A DNA stretch of 64,000 nt from Desulfotomaculum sp. (GCA_003485325.1 DMZI01000065.1:506-64505), one strand, 5' to 3'. Positions 26,771-36,761 are shown, counted from the first letter of the stretch. Numbers and translations: made by a program. The notes: a model not told the origin generated them from the letters alone.

Positions 26771-28674
26771 TTTTGCCAACTGAAAAATCAGCCTGGGGCA
26801 TCCTCCTTGCTGGTTCAAGACTAAAATGGAAAAGCGGGTCTGCGGAAGGGCCTGTTAATAATCAAACCGGCGCTTTTGTAGATGCTGTCAATGCTTTGTG
26901 TTTGTCCGGCAATTCTTGTGTGCCAAAAATAAACACGGATTTCCCGCAAGCAGACATTGTTCCAGCGAAAGATGCATTTAAGGGCACTCAAAACGTACTT
27001 TCGGATGAAAATACTTTAAAAGATTCCTTTGATGGTATAACTGGAAAAGTTAACATTTCTGGAAAGAACCCTTTTGTTGATCAAGACGGGGACTTGATCA
27101 ATGTTGAGAAAAAAAATGAGCTGTGGACAAACGGCCGGGATAAAAAAAATGGTATCCAGGAAAAAGAAAGTCAAAATTATTATACTGATCAGAATAATGC
27201 CCCGCAATCTATTCAATATGGTTTTACTTATAAAGGAGTGGAAAAATCGGAAGAAATTCAGGATTCCGCTTTTGATGGAAACCGGGAAGAGATACAGACC
27301 GCTGACGTTAAAAAATCCATTTTATTAAAAAAGGCGAGTGCTAATTCCTTCCCGAATGGACTTTCGAAATCAATACCGGAACAGTTACCGGCTGGCTTGC
27401 AGTTATCAAGCGAAATGGACAAACTGCAGGTCAGGGCTGAGATCCCGGGCATGACAAAGGAAAACCGGTATGAAACAAGCGCTTCAAAAGAATCCTGGGC
27501 AACTCAAAGTCTTACCGGCAGTAGTGAGAGTATGGATCAAAGAACAGTCAAAACAGCCAAATTATTAAGCACTTCGGATGTTGGTTTCGATCCAAGAGAG
27601 CATCTGGAAAAACCTGATCAATTGCCGGCTGGCATACAGCAGCGGGGCGAAATGGACAAGCCGCAGGTGAAGGCTGAGAACGCGGTCATTCAAAAGAACG
27701 TCTGGCGCCAAACCGTCACAAGCGCGGGCATTTCAAAAGAATCCGAGGCTATTCAAAACCCTGCCGGCGGCGGTGAGGAAATAAATAAAACAACAGTTAA
27801 AGCAGCCGAACTGTTAAGCGCCTTGGATACCGGATTTAAAACGAGAGAGCAAACGGAAAAACAGAAACAAAATACGGCTGGCTTGCAGTTACCAAGCGAA
27901 ATGGACAAGCCGCAAAGCATTGTTGGAGATTTCGTCGATAATGCCGGGTATATTGAAGAAGTCCAGACAGATACCTGGGTGCCCTCTTTTTTAAAAAATA
28001 TTGAAATTTCAACGAACTTTACTCCGGGGAAGGGAAGGGTCGTCCAATTGTTTGCGGCTTCAAAAAATTCCGGAAAAATATCTGACGCAGGAAACGTAAA
28101 AAATCCTGATGGGGACGAGAGGATGTCCGGTATGCAAAAGCAGTCTGACTTGCTGCAAAATATTGCCGGTTTTTTGCCTGAAGCTACTGGTATTCCCGGG
28201 AATACAGCTTTCAAACAGGAATCATCCGACACCTATCGGCAGGTTTCCATAGCTGAACTACCCTCAGTTATGCTTTCAGCTATACGGTCTTCCGGTTCCA
28301 GGGAAAAGCTGATTAGGATTAACCTGGTTCCCGAAAATCTCGGTCCCCTAACAATAAAAGTTAAGGAAATCAAGAACAAACTCGTGATTCATTTTATTGC
28401 TTCAAGCGCCGATGCAAAAGAAATTCTGGAGGTTTCAATGCCTCAGCTAAAACAGTCTATCTCACAGTTGCCTGGTTCCATGGATGAAACCTTGTTCTTT
28501 TTAAGCCAGGAACAGGGCCAGGGAAAGGATAATCATACTCAAGGGGGGTGGAACCATTACAATAATTCGTTAACTCGGCTGCTAAACGATCCTGTGGGAG
28601 ATACCCAACAACAAACATTTGAAAATGGTATAAACAGCCAGGGTGAAGCAAGGGCAGTTAACTATTGGGTTTAG
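26767..28674 (+). CDS. fliK: Hook-length control protein FliK (635 aa, repeat-containing)
   Basis: C-terminal Flg_hook domain (LIRINLVPENLGPLTIKVKEIKNKLVIHFIASSADAKE) and a position immediately before flgD. Confidence 0.75.
   Translation: MILPTEKSAWGILLAGSRLKWKSGSAEGPVNNQTGAFVDAVNALCLSGNSCVPKINTDFPQADIVPAKDAFKGTQNVLSDENTLKDSFDGITGKVNISGKNPFVDQDGDLINVEKKNELWTNGRDKKNGIQEKESQNYYTDQNNAPQSIQYGFTYKGVEKSEEIQDSAFDGNREEIQTADVKKSILLKKASANSFPNGLSKSIPEQLPAGLQLSSEMDKLQVRAEIPGMTKENRYETSASKESWATQSLTGSSESMDQRTVKTAKLLSTSDVGFDPREHLEKPDQLPAGIQQRGEMDKPQVKAENAVIQKNVWRQTVTSAGISKESEAIQNPAGGGEEINKTTVKAAELLSALDTGFKTREQTEKQKQNTAGLQLPSEMDKPQSIVGDFVDNAGYIEEVQTDTWVPSFLKNIEISTNFTPGKGRVVQLFAASKNSGKISDAGNVKNPDGDERMSGMQKQSDLLQNIAGFLPEATGIPGNTAFKQESSDTYRQVSIAELPSVMLSAIRSSGSREKLIRINLVPENLGPLTIKVKEIKNKLVIHFIASSADAKEILEVSMPQLKQSISQLPGSMDETLFFLSQEQGQGKDNHTQGGWNHYNNSLTRLLNDPVGDTQQQTFENGINSQGEARAVNYWV
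27382..27920 (+). repeat. In-frame tandem repeat inside fliK (two units of 79 and 83 aa plus a partial third)
   Basis: The units start at 27382 (QLPAGLQLSSEMDKLQVRAE), 27619 (QLPAGIQQRGEMDKPQVKAE) and 27868 (QNTAGLQLPSEMDKPQSIV). Inside the units, TVKTAKLLSTSDVGFDPRE matches TVKAAELLSALDTGFKTRE. Confidence 0.8.
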
Positions 28675-28686
28675 GAGAAGATAAAT

Positions 28687-29091
28687 ATGCAGGTATCATC
28701 AGTTAGTGTTGAAAATAACCAGCAGGCGCAGGGGAGCCAATCCAATACCAGTATTCTGGACAAGGATTCTTTTTTGAAACTAATGGTTACTCAACTGGTC
28801 AACCAGGATCCTTTCAATACCCAGGACAGCGGGGCCTTCCTTGCACAGCTGGCCCAGGTAACCCAACTTGAACAGATGGTCAATCTGAATGACAAAATAA
28901 ATAGTTTGGTGCAAAGCCAGGTTTATACACAGGCTGTATCTTTAGTAGGACGCCAGGTGAAAGTTCAAAATGCGAATGGCGAAGAAGTTGAAGGGACAGT
29001 AAGCAAAGTTACTTTTCAAAATGATGAGGCCAGTATAGTCATTGACGAGGCGGTTTATTCTTTGTCTGATGTTGTTGAAGTAACTAAATAA
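28687..29091 (+). CDS. flgD: Hook assembly/capping protein FlgD
   Basis: KDSFLKLMVTQLVNQDPFN is the FlgD signature. Confidence 0.9.
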   Translation: MQVSSVSVENNQQAQGSQSNTSILDKDSFLKLMVTQLVNQDPFNTQDSGAFLAQLAQVTQLEQMVNLNDKINSLVQSQVYTQAVSLVGRQVKVQNANGEEVEGTVSKVTFQNDEASIVIDEAVYSLSDVVEVTK

Positions 29092-29487
29092 TTGAAGGGA
29101 GGCGCCAAGTTTGGGGTAAATAAAGTTGATCGACCAGCTTATTTACCTGAAGAAAAGTCCGGGTCACAGGTAGCGGGACGGATGTCACCCGTATCATTTC
29201 AATCAGTCTTGTACGGTCAAATTCAACAGGACAGAGTCAAGCTCTCAGCACATGCTCAAAAGCGTATGGAACAGAGAAATATTTATCTTAAAGAGTCGGA
29301 CTGGTTTAAAATAGACAATGCTGTGAACCAGGCTCAAGCAAAGGGGGTGCGCGATTCACTGCTGTTATATAATGATCTGGCTCTTGTAGCCAGCATAACA
29401 AACCGCACCATTGTAACTGCTTTAGACAAGGAGACGATGGTAAACCACGTTTTTACCAATATCGACGGGGCGGTAATAATTAAATAG
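29092..29487 (+). CDS. Conserved flagellar operon protein (TIGR02530-like, between flgD and flgE)
   Basis: FQSVL...VKLSAHAQKRMEQRNI...AKGVRDSLLLYNDLALVASITNRTIVTAL matches the small protein found between flgD and flgE in Firmicutes. The start codon is uncertain. Confidence 0.6.
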   Translation: MKGGAKFGVNKVDRPAYLPEEKSGSQVAGRMSPVSFQSVLYGQIQQDRVKLSAHAQKRMEQRNIYLKESDWFKIDNAVNQAQAKGVRDSLLLYNDLALVASITNRTIVTALDKETMVNHVFTNIDGAVIIK

Positions 29488-29576
29488 GTTAACGGCCGGA
29501 CCTTTCTAGGGGGCCGGATGGTTGTTGAACGAATGAGACAACCGATTAATAAGGTCATTAAAGGAGGTCAAATAAT

Positions 29577-30404
29577 TTGATTAGGTCACTATACGCAGGT
29601 GTATCCGGTATGCGCAACCAACAGGTGTCCATGGATGTAATCGGCAACAATATAAGCAATGCAAGTACTTATGGTTTCAAGGCAGGTAGGGCGTGCTTCA
29701 AGGATCTCTTCAGCCAGCATTTAAAGTATGCTACCGGAACCGATAATCCGCCTTACATATATCCTTCACAAGTTGGAACAGGTGTGACGATAGGAACTGT
29801 TCAGAATTTATTCAGCCAGGGCGGGATGCAGGTAACAAGCAGGGTTCTTGATTTGGCAATTGAAGGGAATGGGTTTTTTATGCTCAAAGACCCGGCAACG
29901 AATAATATCAGTTATACCCGTGATGGCAATTTTACACTTGACAAAGAAGGTTATCTGACGAGTATGGATGGTTACAGAGTTCTTGATGCCAGTGGAGCGG
30001 AAATACCAGCCTTGGATATTGCCGCCGGTCAACAGGTTATAAGTATTGGAACTGACGGTGCAATAAGTGTTTTAAACTCCGATGGGACAACGTCCACATT
30101 GGGGACAATCGGCATCGCCAATATCATTAACCCGGAGAGTCTCGAAAAATGCGGAAACAATAGCTACATTCCCACCATCACTACAGGTGGTTTTACTAAC
30201 TTTACAACACCTATAAATCCAGGAGCGCCTGGTGGTACAGGGGGCCAGGGAAAAATCCAGTCGGGTTATCTGGAAATGTCAAATGTAGACTTAACCAACG
30301 AGTTCGCCAATTTGATCACTACTCAGAGGGGCTATCAGGCTAATGCCCGTATAATTACCACTTCTGATGAAATGCTGCAAAACGTCATTGATTTGAAACG
30401 ATAA
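29577..30404 (+). CDS. flgE: Flagellar hook protein FlgE (short Firmicute type, 275 aa)
   Basis: MIRSLYAGVSGMRNQQVSMDVIGNNISNAST and the C-terminal TTQRGYQANARIITTSDEML. TTG start after an AGGAGG RBS. Confidence 0.9.
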   Translation: MIRSLYAGVSGMRNQQVSMDVIGNNISNASTYGFKAGRACFKDLFSQHLKYATGTDNPPYIYPSQVGTGVTIGTVQNLFSQGGMQVTSRVLDLAIEGNGFFMLKDPATNNISYTRDGNFTLDKEGYLTSMDGYRVLDASGAEIPALDIAAGQQVISIGTDGAISVLNSDGTTSTLGTIGIANIINPESLEKCGNNSYIPTITTGGFTNFTTPINPGAPGGTGGQGKIQSGYLEMSNVDLTNEFANLITTQRGYQANARIITTSDEMLQNVIDLKR

Positions 30405-30419
30405 AAAGGAGCAAAGAAA

Positions 30420-30920
30420 ATGGCCCGCCGCGTAAAAGAACCGTCTGAAAGTGAACCAGGTATCCAGGAAACCTCCTCAAAAAAACCTAAAAAGATAAAG
30501 TTGTTCATAGCAGCGGGCCTAATCCTTTTTTTAATAGCCGGCAGCGCAGTGTACATCTGTTTTAACCATGGTTTGAAAAGCAAGATTGTAGGCCTAAAAC
30601 AAAATAAAAAAAATGCGGAACAAACAGTCGCGCTTTCGTCACTGGTTGTAAATTTATCCGGCAGTGGTCAGCATTTTGTACGGATATCCTGCGTACTTGT
30701 TTTTCCTGAGAGCAATAAAAAGCTGGCGGCTGAACTTGAGGAGAAAAATTATATCTTAAGTGATACATTAATTAAAACATTACGGGGAAAAACTGCGGAG
30801 GAAATACAAAGAGACCCGGCGTCCAAAGCCTTGAAGGAAAATCTGCGGCAGGCAATTAATACCCAGTTGACCGAAGGGCAGATTAGCGGCGTTTATTTTG
30901 CGGAGTTGCTTGTTCAATAA
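30420..30920 (+). CDS. fliL: Basal-body-associated protein FliL
   Basis: Single N-terminal TM segment and a FliL-like body (LVVNLSGSG...VRISCVL...YFAELLVQ). Confidence 0.8.
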   Translation: MARRVKEPSESEPGIQETSSKKPKKIKLFIAAGLILFLIAGSAVYICFNHGLKSKIVGLKQNKKNAEQTVALSSLVVNLSGSGQHFVRISCVLVFPESNKKLAAELEEKNYILSDTLIKTLRGKTAEEIQRDPASKALKENLRQAINTQLTEGQISGVYFAELLVQ

Positions 30921-30940
30921 AAAAGGATGCTTGTACAGTT

Positions 30941-31312
30941 ATGAATGAGGAAGAAATAAAAGATTTTTTAAAAGGTTTAAAAGAAGATGGTTTTACTGTC
31001 AAGAAGATTAAATTTCCCGAACTCAAACATTCTACCAATGCATCCAGGATTAAGGTCAGTCTCAAGCATTTGTTTGATGTCAGGGTAACGATTACTGCGC
31101 AACTTGGTCAGGCAACCTTAAAGGGCTCTGAAATTCTGTCTTTTAAGAAAGGCAAGTTGATTATTTTAAATAAAATTGTTGGAGAACAAATAGATCTTTA
31201 TATTAACAACCAGAGATTTGCCAAGGGGGAAGTCCTTGTAATCGGAGAAGCTTTTGCAATAAGAGTCAGTTCAATTTACCCGGATCCTAACAAAGATTCC
31301 GAGGAGTTGTAA
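30941..31312 (+). CDS. fliN: Stand-alone FliN (SpoA-domain C-ring protein, 123 aa)
   Basis: LFDVRVTITAQLGQATLKGSEILSFKKGKLIILNKIVGEQIDLYINNQRFAKGEVLVIGEAFAIRVSSI is the SpoA/FliN C-terminal domain. Confidence 0.8.
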   Translation: MNEEEIKDFLKGLKEDGFTVKKIKFPELKHSTNASRIKVSLKHLFDVRVTITAQLGQATLKGSEILSFKKGKLIILNKIVGEQIDLYINNQRFAKGEVLVIGEAFAIRVSSIYPDPNKDSEEL

Positions 31313-31316
31313 ATTC

Positions 31317-31691
31317 TTGAATGAGGGAGAATTCTTCCTGACCGTTTTAAAATTAATCATTACCCTGGTTTTTATTTTGTGCCTGGCTTATCTGTCTATC
31401 CGTTTCGGTTTGTCAAAAATATATATCCCGTCTGGTCGGACCAGCTATATGAAAGTTATTGAACAGCTTTATCTTGGGCCGAAAACGTTGTTGATTCTAG
31501 TCCAGGTTGGCGAAAAATACTTTTTACTTACTTCTTCCAACGGGCAAATCAGCGGGCTGAAAGCCCTGGCGGGCAAGCCGGAAGCCCTGGAGGATAACTT
31601 GAGCGCCAATGAAAGAAAAAATCAACTCCATGCTCATTCACGACTTTTAGAGAATGCATTATTAAAACGTTTCTTTAAGAGGAAAGCATAA
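31317..31691 (+). CDS. fliO: Flagellar export protein FliO/FliZ
   Basis: 124 aa with one N-terminal TM segment, immediately upstream of fliP. Confidence 0.7.
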   Translation: MNEGEFFLTVLKLIITLVFILCLAYLSIRFGLSKIYIPSGRTSYMKVIEQLYLGPKTLLILVQVGEKYFLLTSSNGQISGLKALAGKPEALEDNLSANERKNQLHAHSRLLENALLKRFFKRKA

Positions 31692-32489
31692 GTGTCGAAA
31701 GGGAAAATTAGTTTGGGCAGCAAAAACAGAAGATTATTTTTGAGTCTGCTTTTCTGCGGTTTGGCAGTTTGCTTTTTTTACTTCCTGCCTGATTATGCTT
31801 TAGCCCAGCCTATTCCCATTCCCAATCTTAATATTCAGGTTGGACAATCTTCAACACCGCAGCAAACAATGGATACTGTAAAACTGCTTGTTTTACTGAC
31901 CATGCTTTCCCTTTTGCCGGCATTTTTAGTCATGCTGACCTCCTTTACGCGTATTATTGTAGTCTTGTCGATTTTACGCAGCGCCCTTGGCACGATGCAA
32001 ATTCCCTCGAACCAGATCATAATCGGGTTGGCGCTGTTCCTGACAGTATTCGTTATGTCTCCCGTTTATAACGAAATTGATCGTCAGGCAATAAAACCAT
32101 ATTTAGCCAACACGATCAGTCAGGAACAGGCCGTAAATGCCGCCCAGACGCCTTTACGCACCTTTATGCTCAAACAAACAAGGGAAAAGGATCTTGCCTT
32201 GTTTGTAAGTCTTGCAAAAATCCAAAGACTTAAAAATCCGCAAACGGCCCCAATGCAGGTAGTTATTCCGTCATTTATTATAAGTGAACTAAAAACAGCT
32301 TTTCAAATAGGTTTCTTAATTTATCTTCCCTTTCTGATTATCGATATGGTAGTGGCCAGTATTCTTATGTCAATGGGTATGTTTATGCTTCCGCCAATTA
32401 TGATTTCTCTGCCTTTTAAGCTGCTGCTGTTTGTATTAATCGATGGTTGGTACCTGGTCGTCAAATCTTTAATGGAAACCTTTCATTAA
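31692..32489 (+). CDS. fliP: Export gate protein FliP
   Basis: LLTMLSLLPAFLVMLTSFTRIIVVLSILRSALG and FKLLLFVLIDGW. Confidence 0.95.
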   Translation: MSKGKISLGSKNRRLFLSLLFCGLAVCFFYFLPDYALAQPIPIPNLNIQVGQSSTPQQTMDTVKLLVLLTMLSLLPAFLVMLTSFTRIIVVLSILRSALGTMQIPSNQIIIGLALFLTVFVMSPVYNEIDRQAIKPYLANTISQEQAVNAAQTPLRTFMLKQTREKDLALFVSLAKIQRLKNPQTAPMQVVIPSFIISELKTAFQIGFLIYLPFLIIDMVVASILMSMGMFMLPPIMISLPFKLLLFVLIDGWYLVVKSLMETFH

Positions 32490-32508
32490 CTAAAAAGCAG
32501 GTGTATCT

Positions 32509-32778
32509 TTGACTGACGCATTCGTTTTGGGAGTTTCTCGTCACACTATCTGGATAATATTGCTGATTACTTTACCCATCCTGGGGGTGGGTTTGGCAGT
32601 CGGTTTGGCGGTAAGTATTTTCCAGGCGGCAACACAGATCCAGGAGCAAACATTAACATTCGTACCAAAACTTGTTGTTACTTTTTTGGCAATTGTGGCT
32701 TTACTGCCCTGGATTATGCACGTGCTTACCGCTTATACAATAGAGCTATACAGCCAGTGGCCGTTGCTGCTGCACTAG
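32509..32778 (+). CDS. fliQ: Export gate protein FliQ
   Basis: 89 aa with two TM segments and AVSIFQAATQIQEQTLTFVPK. Confidence 0.95.
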   Translation: MTDAFVLGVSRHTIWIILLITLPILGVGLAVGLAVSIFQAATQIQEQTLTFVPKLVVTFLAIVALLPWIMHVLTAYTIELYSQWPLLLH

Positions 32779-32789
32779 GGAGACTCGTT

Positions 32790-33554
32790 ATGGATTTCAC
32801 AAATATGACAATTTTTTTACTTATTTTTGTAAGAACATTTTCATTTCTGGCTGCGGCGCCTTTCTTCTCTGTGCCAAATATTCCGGTTTTGGCAAAGTTA
32901 GGGTTTGGCTTCTGTTTGTCAATTATTGTTTATCTCGCTTTTCCCAATATGCATCAGGAAGTATCCGGAGGTCTTCCGGGCTTTGTTCTTGCGCTGACCA
33001 GGGAAGCAGGATTGGGTTTGCTGCTGGGAATCCTGGTCAATATGATTTTTAACAGCATCAGGAATGCCGGACAATATATGGATTTCCAAATGGGCTTTAG
33101 CATGGCTAATGCAGTTGACCCCCTGACAGGAGCTCAGGTGACAATTATGGGACAGTTTATGAATCTTGTGGGGTTGGTTTTCTTTTTAAGTATTGATGGG
33201 CACCACCGCTTAATCAACGCTCTTGTACAAAGCTACAGGCTTTTTCCGATAATGGCCGGGAGTTTTAGCTTTGCCGGTAATGCAGGACTTGTTGCGGCTA
33301 AAGCGGCTGCGTTAATGTGCCTGCTTGCGGTTCAGATCAGCGCCCCTCTTCTGGCAGTATTGATTATTATTGATTTATCTCTTGGACTGGTAGCAAAAGC
33401 GGCTCCTCAGGTTAATGTTTTTTTGCTGGGCTTTCCTATCAAAATACTTGCAGGCCTTTTTGTTCTTATTATTCTGCTGCCCCTTTTGGCAACACCTTTA
33501 GCCAATGTGTTTTTGTTAATGGAAAAAAACATGAATTCTTTATTGGGCGGATAA
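32790..33554 (+). CDS. fliR: Export gate protein FliR
   Basis: Polytopic membrane protein after fliQ. ATG 32790 has a gggaga RBS; the ORF is open from 32757. Confidence 0.9.
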   Translation: MDFTNMTIFLLIFVRTFSFLAAAPFFSVPNIPVLAKLGFGFCLSIIVYLAFPNMHQEVSGGLPGFVLALTREAGLGLLLGILVNMIFNSIRNAGQYMDFQMGFSMANAVDPLTGAQVTIMGQFMNLVGLVFFLSIDGHHRLINALVQSYRLFPIMAGSFSFAGNAGLVAAKAAALMCLLAVQISAPLLAVLIIIDLSLGLVAKAAPQVNVFLLGFPIKILAGLFVLIILLPLLATPLANVFLLMEKNMNSLLGG

Positions 33555-33584
33555 TTTATCTTTTATTTTTTAGGAGCAATAAGG

Positions 33585-34646
33585 ATGTCTGACGCACAGG
33601 ATAAAACTGAACAAGCGACACCCCGAAAATTACAGGAGGCCAGGCAGTCAGGCCAGGTGGCTAAAAGCGCTGATTTAAACACTGCTTTAATCCTTCTTTT
33701 TATGGCTTCTTTTATTTGGTTAACGAGGGGCTTGTTTTTAAATAATATATCAGGTTTTTTAGCCGGTTTTTTTGAGCATGTACTCAGTACACAGGGTGAC
33801 GGGACTGATTTTGTACAGTTTTTCATACGCACATCCCTGCAGGCTTTTTATGTTTTGGCGCCTTTTTTGGCTATTCCTTTGGTAATTGCTATTGGAGCTA
33901 ACTTGTTACAGGTAGGTTTTCTTTTTGCGCCAGGCGTTCTGTTGCCTAAAGCCGATCGGCTGAACCCCTTTAATGGGCTTCAGAGGGTATTCTCTTCCAG
34001 GGGATTTTTCGAATTAGCCAAGACATTGCTGAAGATAGCTGTAATAGGCTTTGTAACCTATCGGCTGGTAAGAAACCAACTGCCCGATTTGATTGAAGTG
34101 TTTCGTTGCGGAACCCGTGAGACTGTAATGACTATAGCAAGCTTTGGAACATTAATTTTGCTGTATGGAGGGTTAATTTATTTTTTCCTTGCAATCATTG
34201 ATTATGTTTACCAGCGATTCCAGTACCAGAAAAGTATGCGCATGTCTAAGCGGGAAATTAAAGAAGAAATGCGCCAAACGGAAGGAGATCCTTTAATAAA
34301 ATCCCAAATCAGGCGCAGGCAGAGACAAATTGCTTTTAACCGCATCCAACAGGAAGTACCAAGAGCTACGGTAGTAATTACTAACCCGACCCATTTTGCG
34401 GTTGCCCTGCTATATGAAGACAAGGAAATGGATGCTCCGGAAGTTACTGCTAAAGGCGCTGGTGAAATTGCCTTGCAGATTAAGAAAATAGCCAGGGAAA
34501 GTAATGTTCCCCTGGTTGAGAATAAAGAATTGGCGAAGTTTCTTTACTATAAGGTGGAAATTGGAGAAAAAATTCCTGTAGCTTTATATCAGGTAGTTGC
34601 TGAGATAATAGCTCACGTCTACCGTTTAAAGGGTAGGACCGCTTAG
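33585..34646 (+). CDS. flhB: Export switch protein FlhB
   Basis: DKTEQATPRKLQEARQSGQVAKS and the NPTH autocleavage site (VVITNPTHFAVAL). Confidence 0.95.
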   Translation: MSDAQDKTEQATPRKLQEARQSGQVAKSADLNTALILLFMASFIWLTRGLFLNNISGFLAGFFEHVLSTQGDGTDFVQFFIRTSLQAFYVLAPFLAIPLVIAIGANLLQVGFLFAPGVLLPKADRLNPFNGLQRVFSSRGFFELAKTLLKIAVIGFVTYRLVRNQLPDLIEVFRCGTRETVMTIASFGTLILLYGGLIYFFLAIIDYVYQRFQYQKSMRMSKREIKEEMRQTEGDPLIKSQIRRRQRQIAFNRIQQEVPRATVVITNPTHFAVALLYEDKEMDAPEVTAKGAGEIALQIKKIARESNVPLVENKELAKFLYYKVEIGEKIPVALYQVVAEIIAHVYRLKGRTA

Positions 34647-34673
34647 TTCAAGCAGCCAGGGGAGGTTATTAAA

Positions 34674-36761
34674 ATGCCGCAGGACTTTTCGACAACAGTT
34701 AGAAATAACCTGAGCATAAGAAAAAATGGAGATCTAATCGTAGCAGGAGCGGTAATTTTTATTATGCTTCTGATTATGGTCCCCTTATCGCCATTTTTCC
34801 TTGATCTTTTACTTTCCTTTAGCCTGACCCTGGCAATGGTAGTTATTCTAATAACCATGTTTACACTTGAACCACTGCAGTTTTCCATTTTTCCAACCCT
34901 GCTTTTGGTTACAACGCTTTACCGGCTTGCTTTAAACATATCTTCAACGAGGTTAATCTTAACCCGGGCTGAAGCCGGACATGTAATAGATACTTTCGGG
35001 CACTTTGTAGTCGGAGGAAATTACGTAGTTGGAATTATTGTATTCATAATTATAACAGTAATTCAGTTCGTAGTAATAACAAGCGGGACTACAAGGATTG
35101 CGGAAGTAGCGGCACGCTTTACATTGGATGCGATGCCGGGTAAACAAATGGGGATTGACGCCGATTTCAACGCTGGACTAATCAGTGAAGAAGAAGCCAG
35201 GGGGCGCAGAAAACATATCCAACAGGAAGCAGAATTTTTTGGGGCCATGGACGGCGCAAGTAAATTTGTCAGGGGGGATGCAATAGCCGGTATAATTATT
35301 ATCCTCGTAAATCTGATCGGCGGACTGATCATCGGAGTGCTTCAGATGGGTCTGCCGATCAGTGAAGCAGTAAAAAAATTTACTTTGCTTACAGTAGGGG
35401 ACGGGCTGGTGGCACAAATACCTGCGCTGTTAATCTCGACTGCCGCCGGTATCCTCGTTACCCGTACGAGTCAAGAATCAACTCTCGGGCATGAAGCTTC
35501 CAGGCAGTTCTTAAATTTTCCGCGGGCTCTATATCTGGTTGCCGTGGTCCTATTTATTTTAGCTTTGATTCCTACTATGCCTCATCTATTATTTTTACTT
35601 CTAAGCAGCGGTTTTTTTTACCTATCTTACAACTTAACCGGCGAAGAAAAAAGAAGGTCGGCAAGAGAAGAACGAGAAAAGATTCAAAAAACTAAAGAAG
35701 ATCAAAAACAACCTGAAAGTGTTGCAAGTTATTTTATGGTTGATCCACTGGAGATTGAAATTGGCTATAATTTGATTCCTTTAACCGACGAATCCAGAGG
35801 GGGAGATTTATTAGCCAGGCTCGCTGCAGTCCGGCGTCAGTGCGCCACCGAGTTAGGCATTTATGTGCGGCCAATCCGCATCAGGGATAATTTACAGCTT
35901 AATCCGGATACTTACACGTTCATTCTAAAAGGAGTGCTGGCCGGAAAGGGTGAACTTAAACCCGGATACCAACTTGCTTTAATATCTGCTGAGGATAATA
36001 AACCAGTCAACGGTTTGCCCACCCAGGAACCAACTTTTGGGTTGCCGGCTTATTGGATAGACTCAACGGAAAAAATGCGTCTTGTTGCCCAGGGTGTTAC
36101 GGTGGTTGATTGCGCTGCTGTACTGGTTACTCATTTGACCGAGTTTATCAAGAGGCATGCGCATGAATTGCTCAGCAGGCAGGATGTAAAAGATCTCTGT
36201 GAAGCAATCAAGGTCAAAAACCCTGCGGTAGTAGAAGAACTGGTACCCAATGTTTTAAGCCTGGGAGAGATTCAAAAAGTATTGCAGAACCTACTTAAAG
36301 AAAATATACCCATCCGTACCCTGACTTCAATCTTGGAAGCAATCGCCGATGGCGCAAGGTCTTCAAGGAATGCCGACTATTTAACGGAATATGTAAGATC
36401 TGCAATGGGATTAACGATATGCAAGCTTTATATGACGGAAGATGATAAGTTAACGGTTATTACCCTTCATCCGATGTTGGAGCAAAAAATAGTCAATTCT
36501 CTTCAGGAAAGTCAGTCGGAAGTTTACCCCGTACTGGAAACTAAAACAGTTCAAACGCTTCTGGAAAATGTAAAGAAATCTATTGAAAAGGCTAATCTTA
36601 TGGGCATAAAGCCGGTAATATTATGCTCCGGGAGAGTGCGCCTGCCGTTTAGAAGATTGATTGAGCGTTATTGGCCAAGCCTTGCCGTAATTTCGTTGAA
36701 TGAAATTGCGGCGGAAATAAAAGTCGAATCTATTGGAACGGTGAATTTAAATGAAAGTTAA
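34674..36761 (+). CDS. flhA: Export gate protein FlhA
   Basis: FHIPEP-family signature region (FVVITSGTTRIAEVAARFTLDAMPGKQMGIDAD) and a large cytoplasmic C-domain. Confidence 0.95.
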   Translation: MPQDFSTTVRNNLSIRKNGDLIVAGAVIFIMLLIMVPLSPFFLDLLLSFSLTLAMVVILITMFTLEPLQFSIFPTLLLVTTLYRLALNISSTRLILTRAEAGHVIDTFGHFVVGGNYVVGIIVFIIITVIQFVVITSGTTRIAEVAARFTLDAMPGKQMGIDADFNAGLISEEEARGRRKHIQQEAEFFGAMDGASKFVRGDAIAGIIIILVNLIGGLIIGVLQMGLPISEAVKKFTLLTVGDGLVAQIPALLISTAAGILVTRTSQESTLGHEASRQFLNFPRALYLVAVVLFILALIPTMPHLLFLLLSSGFFYLSYNLTGEEKRRSAREEREKIQKTKEDQKQPESVASYFMVDPLEIEIGYNLIPLTDESRGGDLLARLAAVRRQCATELGIYVRPIRIRDNLQLNPDTYTFILKGVLAGKGELKPGYQLALISAEDNKPVNGLPTQEPTFGLPAYWIDSTEKMRLVAQGVTVVDCAAVLVTHLTEFIKRHAHELLSRQDVKDLCEAIKVKNPAVVEELVPNVLSLGEIQKVLQNLLKENIPIRTLTSILEAIADGARSSRNADYLTEYVRSAMGLTICKLYMTEDDKLTVITLHPMLEQKIVNSLQESQSEVYPVLETKTVQTLLENVKKSIEKANLMGIKPVILCSGRVRLPFRRLIERYWPSLAVISLNEIAAEIKVESIGTVNLNES

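Noticed and set aside
27753-28232. 159-aa minus-strand ORF inside fliK.
   Set aside because: It is antisense to the repeat and C-terminal region of fliK and has no RBS. fliK's identity is supported by its Flg_hook domain and its position.
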